Shown: positions 40,628 to 49,064 of the stretch, piece by piece
Position numbering within the stretch: the first letter of the stretch is position 1
Layout of the letters: the number at the start of each line of letters is the position of its first letter
Virus record (IMG/VR): IMGVR_UViG_2872147552_000001
DNA from: a virus
Taxonomy: Duplodnaviria > Heunggongvirae > Uroviricota > Caudoviricetes
Direction: 5' to 3' (one strand)
Length of the DNA: 64,000 nucleotides
Translations under genes and position numbers: made by a program
Notes under the pieces: generated by a model
Seen by the model: the letters and a program-made list of their open reading frames with translations, nothing else
Told to the model about the DNA's origin: nothing
Database searches by the model: none

Positions 40628-41527
40628 TTATGCCGGTAAAGCAATTTCTAACGGTTTATCCAAAGGTTGTTTGTCGAATGCCAGCAGTGGCAGCGTGTCA
40701 GGCAGCCGACGACCAAAGTCAGGGTTTCGGTACACACCATACAACGGAGACGTAAAGCTCAGGTTGTGAATGTCCTTGAGCAGCTTCACAATGCTGGCCT
40801 CGTCCACCAGACTGTCGGCAATGTCCTGAATCGTCGTGCCACGATTCCGCCCAGCTTTTGCCAGGGAACTGTTCTTGTGGTAGTCCGCTACCAGATCACG
40901 CAGTGCACGGCGACGACGAGACTCGCTCATTGCGAACAACTCTTTGACGATCGCCTCGTTATCACCCGGGTCGGAACGGAAATGGCGCTGGAATACACGC
41001 AGTGCACTTTCATAGCTCTTCGGTCGCTCAGGGCGGATGAACTTAAACCCTGCTTTCATGGCGAAGGGATTGTATTTGCTCATCGAGGACTGGATCTCAA
41101 TGATTGGCCGGTCGTGCATCCTGCTAACCAGGTTAATCATTCGATAGGAGACGCCGACACCGCGGTACTGAGTGTCCACAACGGAACGGCTGATCACCGC
41201 AAAGTTGTTGTTCACGTACCGCCCCCAATACTGGTTGGCCACGGTGGTATTGGTGGTTGGCTTCAGCTTAGGAAACATGCGATGGCGAGGCGCCAGCAGC
41301 AGTTTCGGGTAAGCCATAACCACGACGCCCACCAGCCGGTCGTCCAGTTCGCAGCGATAATACGTTGGCGCAAACGGCTTACCATCCGTCTTGTAGTGCA
41401 GCGACTTCAGCGCGTGCCAGTCTTCAACCGTGCCTTTGGTAACGGTCATACGCTCCAGAAAGTCCAGATGACGCGGGAACTCTTCCGGGCGGTAGCGTTT
41501 GATGATGATGCCTGTCATGTCGATCAC
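40628..41527 (-). CDS. GNAT-fold acetyltransferase domain fused to helical C-terminal domain
   Basis: GNAT motif A QYRGVGVSYRMI and motif B NPFAMKAGFKFI in N-terminal ~170 aa; 299 aa. Confidence 0.5.
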   Translation of the reverse strand: MIDMTGIIIKRYRPEEFPRHLDFLERMTVTKGTVEDWHALKSLHYKTDGKPFAPTYYRCELDDRLVGVVVMAYPKLLLAPRHRMFPKLKPTTNTTVANQYWGRYVNNNFAVISRSVVDTQYRGVGVSYRMINLVSRMHDRPIIEIQSSMSKYNPFAMKAGFKFIRPERPKSYESALRVFQRHFRSDPGDNEAIVKELFAMSESRRRRALRDLVADYHKNSSLAKAGRNRGTTIQDIADSLVDEASIVKLLKDIHNLSFTSPLYGVYRNPDFGRRLPDTLPLLAFDKQPLDKPLEIALPA

Positions 41528-41778
41528 CTACGCTCGATATTGGCATTGATGAAGTCCAGGCGAAGCGATTCCATCGCCCCAACCATGACGTATGGACGCC
41601 CACCGTTATGCCAGCAATCCAGCACACTGCCGTCGTTGTTGATCATCAGCAGTGCCAGGCTCTGGCTTTTGCCTTCTCTGGCGTACTGGAGTGCTTCTTC
41701 CAGCAGGCGGATGACTTCAACGTTGTTGTTGTCAGCCTCTTTCGATGGCTTCAGCTCTACGATCTTCAAATCAGGCAT
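41524..41778 (-). CDS. hypothetical small protein
   Basis: 84-aa ORF translationally coupled between ABC ATPase and GNAT genes. Confidence 0.45.
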   Translation of the reverse strand: MPDLKIVELKPSKEADNNNVEVIRLLEEALQYAREGKSQSLALLMINNDGSVLDCWHNGGRPYVMVGAMESLRLDFINANIERR

Positions 41779-42409
41779 ATTCCACCTTCACGCGTTCTTT
41801 GTAGTGCTTGGTGATCTGCATATCCGGGCGCAGCGCGTTCTTCAGGTCTTCGTGAGTCGTCGCCACCATTACCGTCGCACCAACCTTTCGAGCGGCACGC
41901 TGGAGGTTAGATGCCACAACCTGAGCGGTTACACGGTCTAGAACAGCCCCGAACTCGTCAGCAGCCCACACTTTAGCGCCTGACTCAATCAGTTTGGCAA
42001 TCTTGAGACGATATTTCTGGCCGTCTGACATTTCAGAAGGCTTGCGAACAAACAGATATGCATCGTTCAGACCAGCCATAGATAACAACCCAAGCGCATC
42101 ACTGGTCGTTTTGCCCAACTGATCGATGACGTTAACCTCATTATCGAAGGTAAAATCATCGATGGAGGCTACAGACAGCCCTTCATCCTTCATCTGTCGT
42201 TGCAACTCGCGCAGCACAACGGATTTGCCGGATCCGGATTGGCCGGTGATGTACACCACATCGCCCTGCTTCACTTCCAGCTCCAGATTGTCGTAAAGCG
42301 TCCACTCTTTTTCGTCCAGACCAAGCCCGAACGACTCAGCGATTTCCAACGTGCGCGTGGTTTTATTTACGCGTGTCTGAAACGATACGTTGATGATGTA
42401 TTTGCTCAT
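41771..42409 (-). CDS. compact ABC-type ATPase (nucleotide-binding domain only)
   Basis: Walker A GQSGSGKS, ABC signature SDGQKYRL, Walker B VWAADEF, H-loop TTHE; 212 aa, no membrane domain. Confidence 0.75.
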   Translation of the reverse strand: MSKYIINVSFQTRVNKTTRTLEIAESFGLGLDEKEWTLYDNLELEVKQGDVVYITGQSGSGKSVVLRELQRQMKDEGLSVASIDDFTFDNEVNVIDQLGKTTSDALGLLSMAGLNDAYLFVRKPSEMSDGQKYRLKIAKLIESGAKVWAADEFGAVLDRVTAQVVASNLQRAARKVGATVMVATTHEDLKNALRPDMQITKHYKERVKVEYA

Positions 42410-43074
42410 GCAGCCATCTCCCCGGAAGAGATCTTCTCCGCATATGCCACAAATGCGTCTACCCCGCTTTCTCCTGTCATTTCTTCCATGTGGGCAAGCA
42501 AATCACCAACAACAATGGCAGAGCCAGCAGGGAGCGTTTTAAAGCCCAATACGTCGACAACACGTACTTCTTCCGCTGCAACTTCACGACTGATCTCGGT
42601 GTGTTCATCCTTCTGTCGTTTAGTTTCTTCGCCAAGATCGATAACTAGCGAGTCGGTGTCCATTTCTTCTGTCATACTGCCAACGAGAACATTCAACTCA
42701 CGCTCTTCAAAGCCGAAAACCTCGATATCGTCCAGAACAAGCGACTCAAGCTCTTTCTGTAGCTTAATTGCATCGTAATCAATGCTGGCTAGTCGGTTAT
42801 CTTCAAGGCGCTTCGCACGAACCTCGTCATCACTCAGATCATCGCGAACAATAACCGGCACGCGCTCAAGTCCAGCAAAAATTGCAGCCTCACGGCGGCC
42901 GTGGCCAGTAATAATTACGTCGTTCTTATCGACCGTAATTGGCTGGTCAAATCCTCGCTTTTTAATGGCTGCGGCCAGATCTCGGATCTGCTGTTCATCA
43001 TGCTTTTTGGCATTCATCTCATAGGGAATAAGATCTGCCGGGTCGCGATATACGATTTCAAACTTTTTGGTCAT
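42406..43074 (-). CDS. ParB/Srx-like nuclease-domain protein 2
   Basis: LIPYEMNAKKH...ITVDKNDVIITGHGRREAAIFAGLERVPVIV ParB N-domain signature; start placed at Met12 overlapping upstream stop (track to 43107). Confidence 0.65.
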   Translation of the reverse strand: MTKKFEIVYRDPADLIPYEMNAKKHDEQQIRDLAAAIKKRGFDQPITVDKNDVIITGHGRREAAIFAGLERVPVIVRDDLSDDEVRAKRLEDNRLASIDYDAIKLQKELESLVLDDIEVFGFEERELNVLVGSMTEEMDTDSLVIDLGEETKRQKDEHTEISREVAAEEVRVVDVLGFKTLPAGSAIVVGDLLAHMEEMTGESGVDAFVAYAEKISSGEMAA

Positions 43075-43772
43075 TACATACGCTCCTTGTAGTAGTCGAC
43101 CAGCCACACCAGAGCCTCACCAGCGTTCTCCATTTCATTACCGGTGTTAATAGCCTGCTCTTTGATGATGTTTTTTATGGTTTCTGCAACACGATCTGAC
43201 GCATCGAAAGTTACTTTGAAGCGCATGGTCTGATGTTCCGCCCCCACACGTTCGGTTTTCTCTCGTTTGTCGGTATCGACAGGCTCATCACTACCACGAG
43301 ACAACGCCTCCAGTGCTTCAAGGTCGATTGCCGCCTCTTTTGCTAAAACCATCGAGATTTCGTCGTCATACGGGGCGATTTCAGACAGTTGATAGTCAAG
43401 TTCTGACTGAATTTCTTCAATGAAGCGTTGCAATGCGATTTGGTCGTCTTCACCGTATCGCTCGTTGTCCACCAGTGACATCTGTTTAGCTACGACATCG
43501 CTAATTTTGCCCACAGAAAGCACCGGAACCGTTGAAATTCCTTGCTCAATAGCAGCACGCCAGCGATGTTCGCCGCCGAGGATTTCAAAAAATCCATCTT
43601 CAAGTTCACGAGCCAAAATTGGCTTAAAAAAGCCCAATTTTTCGATAGAACCTTTCAGTTTTTCAAAATTCTGCGCACCAACCGAATTGGTGTTCCAGGT
43701 ATTCGGGCGAAGGTTGGCAACATCAACCTGCAAAATCGTGATTTTTACATCCATTTTATTGCTACAATCCAC
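43074..43772 (-). CDS. ParB/Srx-like nuclease-domain protein 1
   Basis: LRPNTWNTN...ILGGEHRWRAAIEQGISTVPVLSV ParB N-domain signature; 232 aa; first gene after the divergent promoter. Confidence 0.65.
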   Translation of the reverse strand: MDCSNKMDVKITILQVDVANLRPNTWNTNSVGAQNFEKLKGSIEKLGFFKPILARELEDGFFEILGGEHRWRAAIEQGISTVPVLSVGKISDVVAKQMSLVDNERYGEDDQIALQRFIEEIQSELDYQLSEIAPYDDEISMVLAKEAAIDLEALEALSRGSDEPVDTDKREKTERVGAEHQTMRFKVTFDASDRVAETIKNIIKEQAINTGNEMENAGEALVWLVDYYKERM

Positions 43773-43797
43773 TAAGTAATCACTTACTTATTATAAT
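43773..43797 (+). promoter_or_regulatory. divergent promoter/operator region (TAAGTA-NN-CACTTA operator overlapping TATAAT -10)
   Basis: taagtaatcacttacttattataat between divergently transcribed ParB-like and helicase genes. Confidence 0.5.
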
Positions 43798-43836
43798 AGC
43801 CAAATAACATACAAAAGGCACTAAGGAAAGAGGTTT

Positions 43837-45396
43837 ATGACTGTTCGGATTGTATCTAACGCAGTAAATGCGCTTATTTCTGGCGCAGATGACAAGGTAA
43901 AGCAACTGGTGCAGCAAATGTTGAGCTACGAAGTCGAGACTGGCGACTGGAAGGGCACAAGCACGATGTTCAACTGGAGTAAAAACTCGTTCCCTGCTGG
44001 CTTTGCCAAGCCTGTAGCGGCGAACTTGAACAAGGCGGGCATCAAATGTGTTCATATCCGCAAAGACAAAGCCCCGGCGCTTGGTAAACCAAATCCTGCG
44101 GTTAACCCATTCCCATACAATCCTGATTATGCGTATCAGGATCAGACTGTGGAAACACTGGTTCGAGAGGGAATGATGATTGCGCAGATCGCTACTGGTG
44201 GCGGGAAATCTAACGTTGCCTGCAAAGCAGCTGCACGTATCGGTCGAATGACATTATTTTTAACAACCCGCTCTGTTCTGATGTTTCAAATGGCCGAAAA
44301 CTTCCAGAGATCCATCGACTACCGCGCCGAAAATGGTGAACCGTGGTTAAAAGACCAAAAGGTTGGAGTCATTGGCTCGGGTGAGTTCCAGGTATCACGA
44401 CATATCAACGTCGCTACAGTTCAAACTCTTGCAAGTTTCCTCGAAGAACCACCACGCGATGCAACACCAGATAAGAAAAGCTACCACCTCAAACGTCGGG
44501 AGTTGGTGAAACGCTTCCTTTCAAGTGTCTCTCTTCTTATTCTGGAAGAGGCGCATGAGTCTTCAGGCTCAAATTTCTATGACATCGCCAGATTATGTGT
44601 GAACGCAGACTATCGTCTGGCGCTTACAGCCACGCCGTTCATGAAGGATTCGACGGAAGCCAACATGCGCCTGATGGCGGTGGCCGGGCGAATTGAAATT
44701 AAAGTCACAGAAAAGTACCTGATTGATCGAGGCATTCTGGCAAAGCCGTACTTCCTTTATCATAAAGTTGCCTACAAGCCAGACGAGGCCAGAATCAAGG
44801 CCGAACTTGCCAACAAACACCTCAATTTTAGAGTTGGTATGAGCACCGCCTACCAAAAGGCTTATCAGTTGGGGATCGTGTATAATTTGGGACGTAACGA
44901 GGCCATAGTGCGCGAGGCATTGCTTTATAAGCAACATTCACTCAACTGCATGACTCTGGTTCGTCTTAAACGCCACGGGCAAATCCTGATGGAGATGATG
45001 AAGGAGTCAGGTCTTAAAGTTGATTTCATCTATGGGGAATCTAACCAGACGACAAGGCAAGCAAAGCTGAATAGTTTAGCGTCTGGTGAAATAGATGTTT
45101 TAATAGGCTCGACTATTCTGGATGTTGGTGTTGATGTGCCAAGCGTTGGTGCGGTCATTCTTGCTGGTGGTGGGAAAGCAGAAGTTGAAATGAGACAGCG
45201 TGTCGGTCGTGGCTTACGAGCCAAAAAAAATCAGGCAAACGTGTGTTTTATCACTGATTTCATTGACATTAGCAACAAATACCTGTTGTCTCACTCTTAT
45301 GAGCGAAAACACATCATCGACACCACACCTGGCTTTGCAGAAGGTGTATTGCCTATTGATGGAGCATTCGATTTTGGAGTTCTGAAACGAGATTAG
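43837..45396 (+). CDS. SF2 helicase (DEAD/DEAH-box, ResIII-like)
   Basis: Motif I ATGGGKS, motif II LEEAHE, motif III TATP, motif VI QRVGRGLR; 519 aa. Confidence 0.8.
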   Translation: MTVRIVSNAVNALISGADDKVKQLVQQMLSYEVETGDWKGTSTMFNWSKNSFPAGFAKPVAANLNKAGIKCVHIRKDKAPALGKPNPAVNPFPYNPDYAYQDQTVETLVREGMMIAQIATGGGKSNVACKAAARIGRMTLFLTTRSVLMFQMAENFQRSIDYRAENGEPWLKDQKVGVIGSGEFQVSRHINVATVQTLASFLEEPPRDATPDKKSYHLKRRELVKRFLSSVSLLILEEAHESSGSNFYDIARLCVNADYRLALTATPFMKDSTEANMRLMAVAGRIEIKVTEKYLIDRGILAKPYFLYHKVAYKPDEARIKAELANKHLNFRVGMSTAYQKAYQLGIVYNLGRNEAIVREALLYKQHSLNCMTLVRLKRHGQILMEMMKESGLKVDFIYGESNQTTRQAKLNSLASGEIDVLIGSTILDVGVDVPSVGAVILAGGGKAEVEMRQRVGRGLRAKKNQANVCFITDFIDISNKYLLSHSYERKHIIDTTPGFAEGVLPIDGAFDFGVLKRD

Positions 45397-45398
45397 TT

Positions 45399-45677
45399 AT
45401 GAGTGAAAAGAAAACAACTTACTGTCAGGTAGCATTGTCTGATAAGGCCAATGACAAACTTGGAAAGTTTCAAGTGAAACTAAAAGAAAAAAATATCAAA
45501 ATGTCTAAGGCTGAAGTCATAAATACCATTCTGGAACAATTGACAATGGCCGACTTTGACAAGGTTATATCTTCTGTCGGGGCTTCCGCTAAGACTCGTG
45601 AGAAAATCATGCGTATCTATGAGAACTCTAATATGACAAAGGAAGATCTCGAAACGCTATTAAGCAGATTAAAATAA
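45399..45677 (+). CDS. small putative RHH-type DNA-binding protein
   Basis: 92 aa, coupled to helicase stop; KFQVKLKEKNIKMSKAEVINTILEQ resembles ribbon-helix-helix. Confidence 0.45.
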   Translation: MSEKKTTYCQVALSDKANDKLGKFQVKLKEKNIKMSKAEVINTILEQLTMADFDKVISSVGASAKTREKIMRIYENSNMTKEDLETLLSRLK

Positions 45678-45745
45678 TCACGCTATCAATTAGGGAGACA
45701 AAGATGAAGTCTCCCATACTGTTCACTTTCTGTTCTAAAACTATC

Positions 45746-46168
45746 ATGAAATACTCGCTTCTCCCTCTACTAACGTTACCAGTGTTGATGCTTACCGCGT
45801 GCCAATCACGCCCAATATCAATCCATGACGCCAAACCAGCACCGCAGGCCAAAGTGTTCAAGTATCAAAGCGCAGCGCCAGCTACGTTGGTGGTAATGAG
45901 AGACACAGGTTTTGTAGGAGCTGGATGTGATGCTTCCATTTTCATCAACGGCGAAACTGTCGCAAAACTGGCTACAGGCGAAAAAGCGACTTTCCATTTA
46001 AATGCCGGAGAATTAATTGTGGGTGCATCTCTTGAAGGTGCAGGTTTATGTGCTCTAAACCCCGCTCGTCAAGAGCGAGAAACGACTCTGAAGAATGGAG
46101 ACACAAAAGCATTCAGGGTGTTCACCAGCAATTCTGGTGACATCGACATTCTGCCAACAACTCTGTGA
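45746..46168 (+). CDS. lipoprotein
   Basis: Start placed at MKYSLLPLLTLPVLMLTACQS (lipobox LTAC); track ORF from 45704. Confidence 0.6.
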   Translation: MKYSLLPLLTLPVLMLTACQSRPISIHDAKPAPQAKVFKYQSAAPATLVVMRDTGFVGAGCDASIFINGETVAKLATGEKATFHLNAGELIVGASLEGAGLCALNPARQERETTLKNGDTKAFRVFTSNSGDIDILPTTL

Positions 46169-46172
46169 TGAC

Positions 46173-46697
46173 ATGACAACCAAAGATATTACCTACGGTA
46201 TCCAAGCTGAACTCTGGCCGCGAGATTACACTAACGTTGAAAAACTACTGATGTTCTGGCGCAGAGAACAAATTCCTGTAAGGGTCACTCTCGAAGATGG
46301 CCAGGCGTTTTGCATGTACGTTTATGGCCTCATGCCATCTCGTAACAAAGTTGACCTTTGCCCAGCCCCTTTTGACAAAGAAAATCGTATAAGGCTCCCA
46401 CTTGAACGCATTAGTACAATTGAATCAGGTGTGGTTGACAGTATCGCTCACGATTTCAAAGGTCGACTAACAGTTCACCCTGATTATGTCGATAATCGGC
46501 CATCACGCCGCGATTTTTTTGCAATTTGCAACCAAGCCTACAAAGCAAACAAATCTATAAGGGTGTACATGGCGGATGGCCGTGAAATTGAGGGGGTGTC
46601 AGCAGGCGCAGATGCTTGTCAGGTTACACTACGTGTCGAGAACGGTAGAAAAATAGTTGTTTTGTTCGATTGGGTTGAACGAATTTTGCCTTTTTGA
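46173..46697 (+). CDS. hypothetical protein with internal duplicated beta-rich motif
   Basis: Start placed at first Met after upstream stop (track from 46095); repeated IPVRVTLEDG / IRVYMADG segments. Confidence 0.5.
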   Translation: MTTKDITYGIQAELWPRDYTNVEKLLMFWRREQIPVRVTLEDGQAFCMYVYGLMPSRNKVDLCPAPFDKENRIRLPLERISTIESGVVDSIAHDFKGRLTVHPDYVDNRPSRRDFFAICNQAYKANKSIRVYMADGREIEGVSAGADACQVTLRVENGRKIVVLFDWVERILPF

Positions 46698-46700
46698 GTT

Positions 46701-47009
46701 ATGAAATCGATATTGTTACCACCATTATTTTTACTTTGCTCAGTTGCGGCAAATGCAATGGACTATAAGCCTGTCATTCAATCGCTGATGAATGATGTGT
46801 GCTCAACGTCTCAGAATGTATCAGTTTGCATGTATCAATTTTCGGCAGCCGTAAAAGCAGGAAAAGCGATAGGTGAGAATGTGGAACTGTGTAAGAAAGT
46901 GGCAAATGAAGAACGGGCAATGTTGGATTGCGAATCTAGCGAGTCATCGGCACAGTTCGTTGATGCGCTATTTGACACCAATCGTAAGGCTGTAGAGTCT
47001 GTTCAATAA
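46701..47009 (+). CDS. secreted Cys-containing small protein
   Basis: Signal peptide MKSILLPPLFLLCSVAANA; 102 aa. Confidence 0.6.
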   Translation: MKSILLPPLFLLCSVAANAMDYKPVIQSLMNDVCSTSQNVSVCMYQFSAAVKAGKAIGENVELCKKVANEERAMLDCESSESSAQFVDALFDTNRKAVESVQ

Positions 47010-47021
47010 ATCTATAAGGTT

Positions 47022-47052
47022 AATAACCGGCTAAGTCCGGTTATTATTTTTC
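47022..47052 (+). terminator. rho-independent terminator
   Basis: aataaccggctaagtccggttatt hairpin followed by T-run. Confidence 0.65.
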
Positions 47053-47199
47053 ACATCACTTCTTTATATCTATAAATCAAATAACCTAAATATATATAAG
47101 GTCTAAAGCCGGAATCGATTATTTATTTAGGGAACACCTTCGACGATCTCGCTTTTATTTCTAGGACTTTCATCCCTGCAAAAAAATTTAAAAAAACAC

Positions 47200-47228
47200 T
47201 TGCAATCTTTTTTCGCATATCGATAATT
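47200..47228 (+). promoter_or_regulatory. sigma70-like promoter of AT-rich moron cassette
   Basis: TTGCAA, 16-17 bp spacer, GATAAT; about 60 nt upstream of 47293 start. Confidence 0.5.
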
Positions 47229-47292
47229 GAACTCGTCGAAAGCGAAGACGCTAACGACAATAAATTTTAAATTTACATAAGGAAAAATTATC

Positions 47293-47943
47293 ATGGCTAA
47301 CATTATCATTTCTAAAAAATCCATCATTGAAGCTGCTTCCATTGTATCCGATGAACTGCGCGAAAAAGCAGATCTGGCAACTCAAACATATAACGAACAT
47401 TATAAAAATGGTACGCACACTAAAGCAGACAAAGCAAATATGCAAGCTGCGACCACTAAACTTGCTTACTTCATCAACAACGTTGTAAACGCTGTAGAAG
47501 ACGAAAAATTATGCTCTGTTTTCTACTATGCGATCAAAGCAAGCAAACAAGCGCCAGAAGTTTTTTTCCGTGATGCAATGACTAACAGTTATTCTCTGGA
47601 AAAACTGGTTTATCTGGTCAAATCAATTAAATCTGGTAAATGCGTTTATTCCGTCGCTGATATGTCAGGATCTCGTGTATTTGCTTTAATCGATATGATT
47701 AACGACGAGATCGACACGTTCACCAATGGCGCTGTTTTCGATTTAATGAATGAAGCTAAAAAAGCGTGCGAAATTAAATTGGACGCTGGCTATACTCAAG
47801 CCAACCAGTTGATCAATCTTTGCGAACGTCTCGGACTTGTTGAAAAAGTCAAAGGAGCTGGGAGCGCGAAAGCTGGTACTCAGCAATATCGCTTCGTTAA
47901 AAATGATTTTTATAACTATCTGGCTGATGCTTTTAAAGCGTAA
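47293..47943 (+). CDS. hypothetical protein (AT-rich moron gene 1)
   Basis: 216-aa ORF with AAGGAAAAA RBS; AT-rich composition distinct from flanking phage genes. Confidence 0.6.
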   Translation: MANIIISKKSIIEAASIVSDELREKADLATQTYNEHYKNGTHTKADKANMQAATTKLAYFINNVVNAVEDEKLCSVFYYAIKASKQAPEVFFRDAMTNSYSLEKLVYLVKSIKSGKCVYSVADMSGSRVFALIDMINDEIDTFTNGAVFDLMNEAKKACEIKLDAGYTQANQLINLCERLGLVEKVKGAGSAKAGTQQYRFVKNDFYNYLADAFKA

Positions 47944-47991
47944 TTAATGGAATCAAGCGCCCACTATGGGCGCTTTAAAGGAGCTTTAAAA

Positions 47992-48195
47992 ATGGTCAGC
48001 TATGACAAGATCCGCGCGGAATATCGCGCAAAGTATCGCGCTTATAAACTGGAATTAATCGATGATTTGATCGCGCAACGCGACCAATTAAATTTTACGT
48101 TTTCTGATTTGCTCAACAGCAAGCGAGATTGCAAGCGCAAACGTGAATACTTACGTTTAAGCGCATTAATCGGAAAACTTCAAAATTCTATTTAA
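47992..48195 (+). CDS. hypothetical small basic protein (moron gene 2)
   Basis: Start at MVSYDKIRAEY with AAAGGAG RBS; track ORF from 47947 would include hairpin gcgcccactatgggcgc (47957-47973). Confidence 0.5.
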   Translation: MVSYDKIRAEYRAKYRAYKLELIDDLIAQRDQLNFTFSDLLNSKRDCKRKREYLRLSALIGKLQNSI

Positions 48196-48216
48196 TTTTT
48201 TTTAAGGAGCTTTATC

Positions 48217-48447
48217 ATGTTTGTTCTTATCGCTGGCGTTAACGTGCGCAATGAATATTTTGTTAATCGCATCGCTGGGATCGCTGGTTACGCTGGGCGC
48301 TCAGTCGAGTTTATCGATGAAACAACGCGTAAAATTGATTTATTGAGCGACCAGGAGCGAAAAAAAGCAGACGTGAACGACGCTGATATATTTTTAATGT
48401 TAAAAGCGTTTGTAGAAATGGGATTTAAAATCAGTTTACACAAATAA
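48217..48447 (+). CDS. hypothetical small protein (moron gene 3)
   Basis: 76 aa with TAAGGAG RBS (same RBS context as gene 2). Confidence 0.55.
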   Translation: MFVLIAGVNVRNEYFVNRIAGIAGYAGRSVEFIDETTRKIDLLSDQERKKADVNDADIFLMLKAFVEMGFKISLHK

Positions 48448-48453
48448 AATCGA

Positions 48454-48477
48454 GCGCCCATAGTGGGCGCTTTTTTC
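48454..48477 (+). terminator. rho-independent terminator
   Basis: gcgcccatagtgggcgc hairpin + TTTTTT. Confidence 0.7.
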
Positions 48478-48498
48478 GTTTCCAATACTCCCACCATA

Positions 48499-48524
48499 GC
48501 GCGCCATCATTGGCGCGTTTTTTA
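48499..48524 (+). terminator. second tandem rho-independent terminator
   Basis: gcgcgccatcattggcgcg hairpin + TTTTTT. Confidence 0.65.
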
Positions 48525-48935
48525 TTGTCTTTAACTCACTCCAACAACATAAAAATAAGCGCCAAAATAACGCCATAGACGCGCTTTTATATCCTTACCA
48601 GTACATACCCATTACTTAGCACATTAACGCGCTTAAAATGCGTTATATTGCGCTATAACGTATGGCTAATCATTGGCTTTTATTCTTGCTATGTGATCCG
48701 CGTTTATTTGTCGGCGCGGATCGGCATTTTGTGTTGTTCTGTATCCGCTCGCGTATTATGTGCGCGTGATTTTTCACATAATCACACCACTTAATCACGT
48801 ATGTGATTACGCTACGAAAGAAATCTGGATGTCTCAGGCGACGAAAGTCATCATAATTTTCCCCGCTCGCCTGTCCGACAACCGCTGGTTGGATTCCACC
48901 AGCTTCCCGATGTTTTTTTCTACATAAAGGCGAAT

Positions 48936-49055
48936 GCAGCCGTTTCCCGAAAAAATCCTGGCCGTTTCCCGTCGGCTCATGAATACGTTCCTCGCCGTTT
49001 CTGAAAATTTCCCTGCGGCAGCTGGTGGCTATAGAGAAAGGGCCGTTTCTGGCCC
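48936..49055. repeat. iteron-like direct repeats (GCCGTTTCCCGAAAA family), cluster A
   Basis: Four copies of gccgtttc(c)c(g/t)gaaaa-like units at about 48938, 48961, 48994, 49042. Confidence 0.55.
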
Positions 49056-49064
49056 TCTTCTCAG

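Noticed and set aside
40667-41941. 424-aa plus-strand ORF antisense to the GNAT-fusion, 84-aa and ABC ATPase genes
   Set aside because: Only the minus-strand products carry recognisable Walker/ABC and GNAT motifs and operon coupling; the plus ORF is Arg/His/Val-rich with no motif
47127-47445. Minus-strand ORFs 47127..47342 and 47251..47445
   Set aside because: They overlap the promoter and 5' end of the well-supported plus-strand moron gene and are Phe/Cys-rich AT-rich-frame artefacts
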